Part shown: one piece after another, positions 1 to 11,112 of the stretch
How the letters are laid out: each line of letters opens with the position of its first letter
Numbering within the stretch: the first letter of the stretch is position 1
Assembly (NCBI GenBank): GCA_043228905.1
Contig: JBHGNT010000007.1
Coordinates: 3,348,001 to 3,412,000 of the forward strand
Origin: Azolla caroliniana
Taxonomy: Eukaryota; Plantae; Polypodiophyta
DNA length: 64,000 bases
Direction of reading: 5' to 3'
The notes under the pieces: model-generated
Told to the model about the DNA's origin: nothing
Database searches by the model: none
The model's input: only the letters and a program-made list of their open reading frames with translations
Made by a program: the position numbers and the translations under genes

Positions 1-1163
1 CCGGATGCTACCCATGTAGCCTTCATCATCTAACCGACCGATTGATATCAAGTTCAACCGAACCTCCAGAACATGTCAGACACCCTTCAACAACAACTTG
101 CACACGGTTGACGTTGTCAACCACACGTCTCCTATGTCGATAATTCAGCATGCACCTACATTTCCCATCCGGACAGAACCGTGATCTCTAGCTCTATACG
201 ATGAGAAGCACTTCCGATCATGTGTAAGATGGAACGACGCTCCAGAGTCAACCACCCAGGTCGTTTCATCGCCGACAAGATGCAGCTCACTCTCCTCGGT
301 GATTAACAACAGTTCTTCTTCGCTTGTCGAGATCGTCGACGTTCTTTTCCGATCCAAACTCCTCCAGTACGGACCCTTCTTCGAGTTAGCATTGTCGGTT
401 CCTTTCTCCTTTCGGAAGTGTCGGTAATTCTTTTGGATGTGCCCCGGTTTCCGCAATAAAAGTAAATGGGCCTCCCCCTTGACTTTGACCTCGTCCCCGA
501 TCTGTCCCGGTTTTAGGAACTCTGATTCCGGCCTCTTCCCCAGTTATGGTCATCTTCCATGACCAAGGCCTTCGAATCGGTTCTAGACTACCGATCCTTC
601 CGGCGAGCCTCTTCATCCAGCAGGCTTGATTTTACCCTTGCCAGGGACAACTGTTTTCCTTCCGGCCTGGCGTTGCCCAAAGTGACAACTAGTGTCTCCC
701 AACTATCTGGGAGGGAACCGAGCAGGAGCAATGCAAGTACCTCATCGGCTAGAGGTACTTCCGACGAGGTTGACTGGTTTATGAGCCCCTGGAATGCATT
801 CATGTGCTCCGCCATGTTGGATCCGTCTTGGTACCAGAGTCTCACTAACTTTCGGAATACCAAAACCCAATTTAAAACATTCTTGCTCTCCAACATGGTG
901 CTGATTTTCTCCTAGAGCACATGTGGCGTACTTTCTTCATTAAAGTTGTTGTACATGCTCATGTCGATGAAGCACCGAATGTATGTTGTCATCTTCATAT
1001 GCATCACCTCCCATGTCGTGGCATCGATCTTGTTCGGCCTCTTGTCTCCAAACTACACCGGTAACCAAAGATCTTTGACCACGAGCATGTCCTTCATCTT
1101 CGACTTCCACATTGGATAGTTGGAGTCAATGAGCTTGAACATGCTTACAAATGACTCTTCCAT
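1..1163 (-). pseudogene. copia gag-pol polyprotein, disrupted
   Basis: ATG at 1163 (MEESFVSMFKL..NYPMWKSKMKDML). In-frame TAG stops near 1055 and 914 plus frameshifts split it into ORFs 588-896 and 145-456. Confidence 0.88.
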
Positions 1164-1185
1164 TTTCTTAAAGCTTTAGAACCTT

Positions 1186-1197
1186 GCTCTGATACCA
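1186..1197 (-). other. primer-binding site complementary to initiator tRNA-Met
   Basis: Plus strand gctctgatacca = TGGTATCAGAGC on minus, 3 nt from the LTR end (..CA). Confidence 0.92.
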
Positions 1198-1200
1198 GTT

Positions 1201-1460
1201 TGTGCGGAATGGGGCTTGGCCACAACCGAGTCTTAAACACTCAATGGAAGAAGGCAAGAAATGAAAATAAGACTAATGCAGCTTACACAGAATAAGACGA
1301 CACAAGATGTTAACGTGGAAAACCCTAAATTGGGAAAAACCACGGGAGCCCATAGACTCCAACTATCACTATAAGAAGAGGATACCAAGCGAGACTCGGA
1401 GGCAACGACCTTGAGCTCTATGTCTTCGCCAACCAATGGTTACAACAGAAAAGCCTTCTG

Positions 1461-1507
<47 letters not shown>

Positions 1508-1988
1508 ATCTCTATCTTTTACAACAGTCATAACAACAACTCTTGCAACTACTACAAAGTAGTTGCCCTAAGTCATATTTATACTTATATGACTTTAGGA
1601 CTATTTACAAATATGGCCATCCATGATAGGCCCTCTAGAAACATCTTTACAGATATGTCCCTGGATCCGGTTCACACCGGATACGTCCGATCCGGCTCCT
1701 CTGATTCTCATCTGGATCCCATCCGGAGGGACTGAATTCCAAACATTTCGGGTGCGAGGCGTACGCCCTCATACCGAAAGACAATCGCCGCAAACTTTGT
1801 TTAGGACTACATCATTTCAGGGATAATCAGCCTCTAGAAGATATCTACATCTGATAATGTTGTAGATGGGATGACCAAGTGTCTTTCGGCAGATCGATTC
1901 CGATCCCTTAGGCACCAAATGGGCGTAATAAAGAATCAATCTGATTGAGTCGGAGACTCAGGATGGTTTCGAACAACCATCATCAACA
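1201..1988 (-). repeat. 5' LTR of the copia element (~790 bp), with an internal (CT)n tract at ~1463-1500
   Basis: Minus strand starts TGTTGATG (1988) and ends ..CCGCACA (1201) directly before the PBS. The partner LTR is outside the window, so the outer boundary is inferred. Confidence 0.75.
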
Positions 1989-2753
1989 ATTTGAGATTTC
2001 TGTTGTATACGCCCATTACAGGGGAGTGTCAAATACTCATCTATAATGGTTGTATACACATTGTATCTTCGACCGACTAGATTTAGGACAATTCTGTAAA
2101 TATGTCAAAGGCCAGTTGCCCTAGCTCATTTAGTATATAATGGGCTTTGTAATCTAGTTGTTAAGTTGTTGCCATTATTGAGAGAGCTTGAATAATACAG
2201 TTTGTTGTGTGCCTTCTCGTCTCCCTCTCTCTCATTCTAATTTCTGATCTTGCCTTCATCTTGTGCACTCAATGATATTCTTCAAGAAGAAATGTTGATA
2301 TATCTACATTAATTGTCTAAGTCTACAACACTAGTTACTATACAAGGAGGTGGGGTGTTCACACACTTGAGTATCCTAAAGTGTGTTCCCACACCCGGGA
2401 AATTGAGTTTGATTCTCAACATATGCCATCCAAATCATTGCTTCCATGTGATTTTACTCACATGCATTGCAATGTGAGACAAGGTGTAGGGACACAAGTG
2501 ATGAGAGTGGTCAACTATGAATACTTTGCCCTAAACAAGTTTGAGGGTCTGAGTATCACACTTTGGTGTAACAATGATCTGCCTTTCATCATATTTAACT
2601 ATGCTTTCCACACATGTTCGACAAACCTCAATCCTTGCACAAATTTCTCTCACAACCACAATGCACACTCTTGATTGCAACATTCATTAGTAAAGTTCTT
2701 CAACATCAAGAATCACTATTCACTTTCATATTTGACCTTCAAAGACAATATAG

Positions 2754-2804
<51 letters not shown>

Positions 2805-3029
2805 AGGAGATGGTGTTAAGCGCTTTCCTCCAAGCCTTACACTAATATTCTCATTTGTGATTGTGGTGTATTGTAACAATTGAAGTGTGCTGCTCATTTC
2901 TACATGCTTTTCATATAATTAATTAGGTAGGTTAAATTATTAAGCACGCATCTTGGCATTAAACAGCTGAATCTTAGTTATAATATTGACTATTTAAGAG
3001 GGGAAAGGTAGAGTTTGCTTAATTCATAA

Positions 3030-5900
3030 TATAAGATATTGATATCTATAGACAAGCAATAGTGTCACCAAAGTGTGAAAAAAGTATTTCTTAAGAACCC
3101 AACACTTAATATCTCCATGATTATGTGTGTTCTCAACATAATATGCTCTCTTTCCTACCTCTAAGCAACATGCAATATATTCATTCCATTTATGATTTGA
3201 AGGAACTTCAAGGCGAAGATATTTGAAGCTTTCCACACATTCAAGTGGCTCATTATTGTACATAATGCATGTTTTATCTCTTTTTTTTGGCTCTTCATAA
3301 GCATAATCTTTGTTTTAGAGTTGTTGATACTTAATTTTTCCAATGCTTTCATATGTTTTTGTGCATCTCCTAGAATATTTGCAAAAATCACTACATCATG
3401 CGCATATAATAAAAGCACATGTGATGAGTACATTCCCAATGACAAATTCTTCAATGCCTTCTTCCTTTATAAACTTGGCAACCATTTCTTCTAGATCATC
3501 AATGCATATACCAAATAAAGTTGGTGAGAGTGGGCATCCTTGCTTAACACCAATAATATTATTGAAAAAATCTTAAGTTTATCTCCGATATGCATGCAAC
3601 ATATAACCTTCTCATATATTTGGGAAATTACAAGCATATATTCATTTGGCGCATGGAGTTCTTCCATTCACCTCCAAATATGCTCACGAGGTACCATATC
3701 AAAAGTTTTCTTGAAGTCTACAAAGCAACAATATAAACCTTTACCTTTTAAGCGAGTTTCCTCCGTTAATAATCAAAGGGTCACAAGGTGATCAATGGTG
3801 TTATGATGTTTTCGCTTTTCCATAAGCTCTCTTACCATTTATTTCAGACCAATACTTACCTTTGATTCTATTATACATCCAAATTTCTATAAACAAGCCA
3901 ACCATGATGGTTTGACAATTGTTTACATTATTGACACCTCCACCTTTATGTAAATGTTAGATCCAATTTGTAGTCCAATCGTAGGTCATGTCATATTGCA
4001 ATGCATGATTAAACATATCACTTATCCATGCATGTGCTTCCTTTCCCGTCCATTTGAGCATTTCAACGTTTATACATTGAAGATCGCTTGCCTTTCGCGA
4101 GGCCAATTTCTTAAGTGATGTGCATATATCTTCAATTATAAAGAAGGAGACATATGTAAAAGAGAACCATAACACATCATCTTTCCGGCAAAAGATAGCT
4201 CGTATGAATTCTTAAAATGCATAGACAAGTCAAGAAGAGTTAAGCCACGATAGCTCTCAACATGTTTCCCCTTTATATTTCCCCAAAATTTAGCACATGC
4301 ATTTGTTTTTTCGTGCATTTGGAGGAATTGTTGAGTAACTTCCCATATTCTTCTCTTTCTTTGAATACGCCTTTTGTACTCATGAAAATCCTTTTGATAA
4401 TTTACTTTATCCTTAAATACATCTAAAATCATAAGGCACTTTCGAGCTTCATGACATTCTTTATCAAACCATTTTTTCTTTAAACTACATTTCTTGATGC
4501 ATTACTAAGACGTCTGCTTAGTCAAAAAGGATTTGTTTGTGCATGAGAAAATGAGTGCCTTGAAAGCTTCTCATTTGCATTCTAGTGTGGTGGCATGTTG
4601 TACCTTTGTCATTTGTAATCTATTGTCAACCATCTTGAAAACGTGGACACTCACTTAATGTTCATGCTCAAGTGCGGTTGTTTATTATCTTCAATGGCCT
4701 TCTCACAATCAAACCTATGCATACATTTGAGGTCAATATATAAAATCCTATTATCAGATTCTGGTGTCCATTCACAAAGTAAGAATTTATGTATATGATA
4801 AAAAATACCTTGAACAAAAAGTAGCACATAGTTAATCATAATATTTCTATTGTGTTGTTTTACATATAACACCATTAGTGTGGGATTAGTGTGGGGCCAT
4901 AAGGATACACAATTTGCAATAAACATTCTGACACTATTGCACATTTGTAGGAGCAACTTCCCAAATTGGTTTGGATCTTTTTCATCACTAGAAGAATGAT
5001 TATACATTTGTATATCCTCTTGCATCCTTGAGATATGAGGGATGAACAATTGTTGTGCATCAAGTTGGAATATTCTTGTATGAGCATTCATGTCACCAAA
5101 GACAATAACTTCCCCTTTGAATTTGAAATTTAAGCAATACCATCTTCTAGATTGGCAAAAGTTGATCTTTATCAAAACAAACATAAAAGTTAGAATATTG
5201 ATGCAGAATGTAACATCCAACTACAAAAGTGGAAAAATCATTAGGTGTTTCTATTTTTGAACCATATGTAGCATTTATGTTCACAAATTTACTAAACGCT
5301 TATCAAAGAGTGTACATTATAGTTTGTTAAACCTCAAATCCTTTGAGTATCATGCTCCTATGTTTCAACAAGAAGTGTGATATCCAAGTTAATGGTGAAC
5401 TCCTCCATGCGAAATCCTGCATTCCATGGGTATTTATTACAAATCCAAAAGCATAGTTGTAGAAGACGTGGATTAGTCCCATAGGTCACGTGTCCCTATT
5501 CGCCTACATTTCCTTCTTTAGGCATATCCGTAACCTTATTTTCCAAATTTCTTCATATCCTTTAAGATGGCCATTTTGTTGTGAGATAGTACGATCCTCA
5601 CTCACAAAATATTGCGTACCTTTGAGTTATGCTCAACTATTTTTGAGTATGATCCTTTGTGTTGTATCATCCTCATTTTGCATACAATAGGCCTTTTTGC
5701 ATAATGACTAAAAGAAAAAATAATAACCTCTATAGCATTTACAATGTTTTGGCACTTTCTACACTATTGTGGTAAGAAGGTTTTAGACCTATCAACTTTC
5801 CATGTTGTGCCTTCTTCTCTCTCACTGAGATTTGCATTCTTGGTATTAATGTTGATATAATTGTTGGGCCATTAAGTATACAACATGTTTCTTCTCATTC
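3030..5900 (-). mobile_element. degenerate non-LTR retrotransposon (LINE, RTE/RTEX-like): APE endonuclease, reverse transcriptase and ORF1 remnants
   Basis: Fragmented minus-strand ORFs show APE motifs (VFGDMNAHT; WTPESDNRILY) and RT motifs (KQGCPLSP; LLYAHDVVIF = YADD; ECVESFKYLRL), with many stops and frameshifts. A similar copy is at 62595-64000. Confidence 0.88.
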
Positions 5901-6239
5901 CATCTTGTCCATATTTTCTTGGAGTGTGTCATTGAAATTGAGTCTATTGAGCAATTGATCATAAAAACAGCCAACATTGAAGGATTGGATGAATCGTTGG
6001 GCCTTAGGTCGTCATTGCTGAGAGATTGTGAGACACATGGGTTGAGGAGGAGGTGAATGTGTAGTTGTGGGAGAACTTTCTAAGGATATTATATACTAAT
6101 TATGTTGGTTCCCAACAATGAAACACAATATGGTAGGCATGATGTTGGCAAGTGGGGATGTGGTGGTGTCTTGTCATGTGGGATGCTAGAGTCTCGTGCG
6201 CACAAGAAGGGACATGTTGGGCAAGAGGCGGAGTACACT

Positions 6240-6560
6240 AAATGAGATGTAAAAAAACAAGTGGGTCAAGATTTGGGGTATCCCTTTGTAGTGGCACCAA
6301 TTAATCAAGTTCCCTAGATGGGGCCAACATGACTTAAATGCCTTGGTGTGTCGCACTTCCAAAGATCACTACCAAGACTTGAGTCATTTCCTTCCTCATT
6401 GTGAGTTGACCAAGCAATTAGAGACATGGCTTCTCAATGACAAAGGCCAAACCATACTTCAACTCATGAAGCAAGTTCCTCCTCACGCTCGGAAATTGTG
6501 GAAGCTTGAAGGTGTTTCCGTGAGGTGCACGAAAATGATAGTGTGGAAAACTTAAAAGTT
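6240..6560 (+). mobile_element. possible L1-type LINE RT fragment
   Basis: ttggggtatcccttt (LGYPF) resembles the post-RT YLGxP motif; otherwise heavily decayed. Confidence 0.3.
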
Positions 6561-7792
6561 ACATTGAGGAATGTGAATTCTGATGAAATGATTGCAAAGG
6601 GGACAAAATCAGGACCAAAAGGATGTACATTGTAGACCCTATGCTAGGGTTCATAAAGGCCTCCTTAACATGAGAGCTCTTGCCCTTTTATCCAAATTAG
6701 AAAATCCAAGAGGGTCACTTTTACAATAGAAGCCCTTTGGGCATTAATCATTGCCAACTAATAAAGGTTAGTTCCCCACAAATTACAACATGAACATGTC
6801 TCTTATATACATTTGGCCTATCTAGATTGGAAATACTATGCAAAATAGGGATATTAAAACCAATGAATATGACATTATGTCCCTTAATCTAATAAATGAA
6901 TGCATCAACTTACATAGACGCTTATGGTTCCTTCTTGACTTCAATATAATTGATGAGTAATCATGATGATCATTTGGTTCTTTAATTACAAATAGAACTG
7001 AATTATTTTGAAATTACAAGAACAGAAATGAAAATTCTAACAATCTCTTGTGTGTATTATTATTAAAATGAGATTATCATTTGGATGTCTAAAAAAAGTG
7101 AGATGCCAAGAGTTACTTATGGCAGCTACATCCGCACATAATATCCACAAACTCCTCTATTTATTTATACCATTATCACGGAGTGGATATACCAACCTAT
7201 CCAACGCATAACATCCTATCCAATGTATTTCCAACTAATGAACTTATTTGTTTATTTATATCATTATCCACATAGTGGATATACTAAACTATTGAGGTTT
7301 TTTTGCCTATTAGAGAAAAATTTTAAAGCAAGAAAACCTCAAAGAAGTGTTTTCTTTTTGTTGCCGTTCTCATTGTATTGAGTTTTCTTTCACTTCCTTG
7401 GGTTTTTTGGGGTTTGTTGGATTCATTGTTTACTTTCAAGTAACCGAGTTTCTCTCAACTCTTATTAATGTCCCTTTCTTTGCTACTTTTTTAGACCGTG
7501 CTTTTTTTTCTTCAATCGTGTTTATACTTGTGTTAGGGTTATGCCTTATATCTTCTTGTTCAGATTCACCATGCTCCTTTCTTGTTTGGTGATAACAAAC
7601 CTTATAACCACTTTAGTAATGTTGAGGAATATTTTCTTCCATATTATGGCATGGAGTTCTGTGTACTAGAGCCATTAACAAAAGAAGGCATACAAAAAGC
7701 CCTACTGCACTCAATATTTAATCTATTTCTAAGGGTGATGTTATCATCATGACTCTTTGCATGCCTGTCATTTCTCTATGGTGTCACTTTTT

Positions 7793-7832
<40 letters not shown>

Positions 7833-8788
7833 TACACACATTGGGGGGTATTCATACTCAAGTACAATGCTTTTTTGTGCATTCAATTTAACCCTTAGAA
7901 CACTTTCTAGTTTCTTGTGTTTATTTTTGTTCTAGTCTTTCTTAGAGTAAGAATTGTAATTTGTATTTATTATTAAATCTTTGCCTTTTGTGCCAATAAT
8001 TTGTTAGTTATTACAAGGATTGTTCATTCCCTTAATGTTCAATCTTTCATCGACAGAGCTTCCCTTACATTTTCAGCTTTGAACAGTATTCCCTGTCCAA
8101 CTTTTACCTTTATGATGAGTGAACAATCGTGTTCATTTATTGACCTTGGTGCTTTCCACCATATACACCTACAAAACAAATCTTAACAAGTTTTCCACTT
8201 GAAGTTGGTGTCACTTGTTGGTTTGATTTGGGTCATTTCAATGCCTGCATGCATTACCCAACTCGGTTTAGGGCCTTGCTCATCTATGAGCCTAATATGA
8301 TCATTACTTTTGGCACCCCAAAAATCACACACATCATGGATACCTTACATGGATTTAACACATAAGGTTCGCTTCGTTTGTAGGTTCACCAAGTTTGATA
8401 TGGGGTCACCTAATCTCAATGATTGTTAGCGTCATCTAGCATGGCTATGACCCTAGGATTCTCTTTGGACTAGGCAAATACCCTTTTTGTTTAATGGATT
8501 TTATATTTATATTCCTACAGATTATCCAACATAACAAAAATATTGGCAATTGTCTATACCCAAATGTGTTTCGAGGTCCTCTAAACAACATTCATTACGA
8601 TCTAACTACATTATTGATTGATATAACGATTTCCGAAATGTTAAAACCACATTTGCAACTTGCAATGATGTAGGAGGCACAAACCCACCCCATGATTATG
8701 ATATAGTTAAATTCTATAAAATCATCGACGCATTCCTTGTAAGTCCAACCTATATAAAGAGGGGAAAGTTGCTATCGTGGTGAAAATT

Positions 8789-8789
<1 letters not shown>

Positions 8790-8828
<39 letters not shown>
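8790..8828. repeat. (GT)n microsatellite upstream of the LRR gene
   Basis: Direct read of the sequence. Confidence 0.95.
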
Positions 8829-8829
<1 letters not shown>

Positions 8830-9088
8830 ACCTGCGTGTGTACACCATGGCCATAGCCCATTATTGCCAGACCATTTGCCCACTAATTGTCATTGGCGAT
8901 TGCCCTATGGGCATTGCCCAATGGCCATTACAGCTGCCTCCTTTGAAATGATGGGCTTCCTTCAAAGTACAAGACATAGTGGAGCATGCGCGACCAAAAA
9001 AGCAAAAGCAAGTGCCATATGAGTGAGTAAAAACTAGTGCACCAATTCATTACAATCTTCACCACAAAGGCACACACACATAGCCATT

Positions 9089-9099
9089 ATATATATATA
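9089..9099 (+). promoter_or_regulatory. putative TATA box of the LRR gene
   Basis: atatatatata about 60 bp upstream of ATG 9159. Confidence 0.5.
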
Positions 9100-9158
9100 G
9101 CTGAGCTGAAAGCAAAGATCCATAGCCAACAAAGAGATCCATAGCTAACAAAGAGTGC

Positions 9159-10541
9159 ATGATGGATTCGCCTCCTCGGCATATCATTCCTTCCTCACCG
9201 ACCCCCTCACGGGACCAATGTCCACCCGGCCATCGTGCTCTCTTCTTCCCTTTAACCACCCCACATGCCACCATAGCTGCCCTCTTAATAATCTCTTCTC
9301 TCATCTCCGCCTCCGTGGGCTTCCGGAGCACCGCCATGCCCACTTACGCGTCCGCCCGGCGGCCACCACACTTGGCCCTCTCGGACTTCACTGCCCTCCA
9401 AGCTATCCATCGATACCTCCGAGACACCACCTCCTCCACCCTAACCAATCGATCATCGATCCCTTCGGCCCCGACCACTCTTTTCTTCACCTCTTGGGAA
9501 TTCTCCCGCGACCCGTGCAGCTTCGATGGCGTCCTTTGTGACATCGTCCACGGGGAGCTCCGCGTGGTCTCGCTCAACTTGGGCATCGCGAGTGGTGGCT
9601 CTGCGGGTCTCCACGGATGGTTACCCGAAGAGATCGGGCAGCTAAGTGCCCTAGTGCAGCTCACATTAGCCCCCGGTAGAGTGGGAGGTCCCATACCCGC
9701 GGACGCGATCGGGAGGCTCAAGAACCTACAGAACTTAGGGTTGAGCCACAACTTGATGACAGGCACAATCCCTACCACATTGGGGGGCCTCAGGAGACTC
9801 CAGATGCTGGACCTGTCCTTCAATCGGCTGACCGGGGGGGTCCCGGCACAGCTGGCCGGCATCCCGGCCCTACTCACACTCCGCCTGGCGCACAACAGGC
9901 TGACCGGAAGCCTCCCGGCCTCGTTCCGGAGGGCGGCATGGCTCGACCATGTGGACGTAAAGCGGAACTCTCTGGAAGGGCCATTGCCTGAATTCCCAAG
10001 CTCTTTGACCTATCTAGACCTCTCTCGGAACCGCCTGTCCGGGCCGCTCTCCCCGTGCGTGTCGGGCCTGAATCGCCTCACATATCTAGACCTAGGGGAC
10101 AATCGGCTCACCGGAGGTGTGCCCCCGGGGCTCTTCTCCGCACCCCTATCCGCACTCGTGCTCCGCCATAACTCGCTCTCAGGTCCGGTCTCCCCGCCCG
10201 GGCCCGTGCTCATACCGACAGTTGACATGGCCTTCAATGCGCTCTCGGGCCCGATCTCGCCCTTCTTCGCGCTGGCACAGAATCTGTACCTGAATCATAA
10301 CAGATTCTCGGGGGCCGTCCCGCAGGAAGTGGTGGAGCAGGTGGAGGGAGGCGGGATGCGCACGCTCTTCGTGCAGCAGAATTTCCTCACCGGATTCCCG
10401 CTCGGGCCGGCCGGGACGCTGCCCATGTCGGCCTCGGTGTGCATTCAGTATAACTGCATGGCCCCGCCCATCGAGTCGCTGTGCCCCCACAGCGGAGGAA
10501 TGCGGGCCATCAGACCCTCCTCAGAATGCAGGAACACCTGA
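9159..10541 (+). CDS. intronless secreted leucine-rich-repeat protein with no kinase or transmembrane tail (resembles the Arabidopsis At4g03010/At1g03440 family)
   Basis: 460-aa GC-rich ORF with a hydrophobic N-terminal segment, an LRRNT cap (FFTSWEFSRDPCSFDGVLC), ~10 plant LRRs (LxxLxLxxNxLxGxxP) and the C-terminal Cys motif CIQYNCMAPPIESLCP that I recognise from this family. Confidence 0.93.
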   Translation: MMDSPPRHIIPSSPTPSRDQCPPGHRALFFPLTTPHATIAALLIISSLISASVGFRSTAMPTYASARRPPHLALSDFTALQAIHRYLRDTTSSTLTNRSSIPSAPTTLFFTSWEFSRDPCSFDGVLCDIVHGELRVVSLNLGIASGGSAGLHGWLPEEIGQLSALVQLTLAPGRVGGPIPADAIGRLKNLQNLGLSHNLMTGTIPTTLGGLRRLQMLDLSFNRLTGGVPAQLAGIPALLTLRLAHNRLTGSLPASFRRAAWLDHVDVKRNSLEGPLPEFPSSLTYLDLSRNRLSGPLSPCVSGLNRLTYLDLGDNRLTGGVPPGLFSAPLSALVLRHNSLSGPVSPPGPVLIPTVDMAFNALSGPISPFFALAQNLYLNHNRFSGAVPQEVVEQVEGGGMRTLFVQQNFLTGFPLGPAGTLPMSASVCIQYNCMAPPIESLCPHSGGMRAIRPSSECRNT

Positions 10542-11007
10542 TGATGATGGGCACTCATAACTGTCTTCTCTACTGGATAGAGAGTATTCATAACTGTCAT
10601 AACTGCCTTCCCTACTGCCTAGAGAGTGTTCAGTGTCTTGTCTGTCTATCTAGTGTATAGAGAGAATTTTACATGCCTTGCCTTGCTTGTAAGTAAGTCT
10701 TTTATTAATAGGGGAAAAAAAACACATAGTTTTCTTGTGGGTTTTCTTTCTTTCTTTCTTCTTCTTGTTATTTGACGGATCGGAAGAAGACGCGTCCCTC
10801 CAGATTCCATATTCGATGATAGATGCTTGACTTACCGAATCTAAACACCTATAAGGACATGGGTTAGCCCCAATATGTCACGTTACCGTTACCCATTCTC
10901 TCCAGAGGCTCTTTGGGTTCCTTCATAATGGTTCTATGATCCACCCTCTAATACACAGTTGCACATTTCGCATGGCCTTTTACGTGCATTAACGGGTATG
11001 CTATCTA

Positions 11008-11112
11008 CGGGAGGAGAACTTAGAATCTATGCAAGAGGAAGTTAGATTCTATGCGGGAGGAACTTAGAATTACGCAAGAGGAACTTAGATTCTTGTGAGA
11101 GGAACTTAGAAT
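11008..11112. repeat. ~22-bp minisatellite (gaggaacttagaatctatgcaa), ~5 copies
   Basis: Repeated ggaacttaga cores read directly. Confidence 0.8.

Larger units (their letters stand above)
1..1988 (-). mobile_element. Ty1/copia LTR retrotransposon, 5' part (LTR, PBS, decayed gag/protease); continues beyond the window start
   Basis: Minus-strand frames give a UBN2-type gag (LLLGSLPDSWETLVVTL), a degenerate zinc knuckle (KPGHIQKNY), the copia protease motif WVVDSGAS and a following pre-integrase segment (LNLISIGRLDDEGY). The tRNA-Met PBS TGGTATCAGAGC lies at 1186-1197 next to a TG...CA-bounded LTR. Confidence 0.93.

Noticed and set aside
9344-9895. 183-aa antisense ORF within the LRR gene
   Set aside because: Expected shadow ORF of a GC-rich coding sequence; no recognisable domain.
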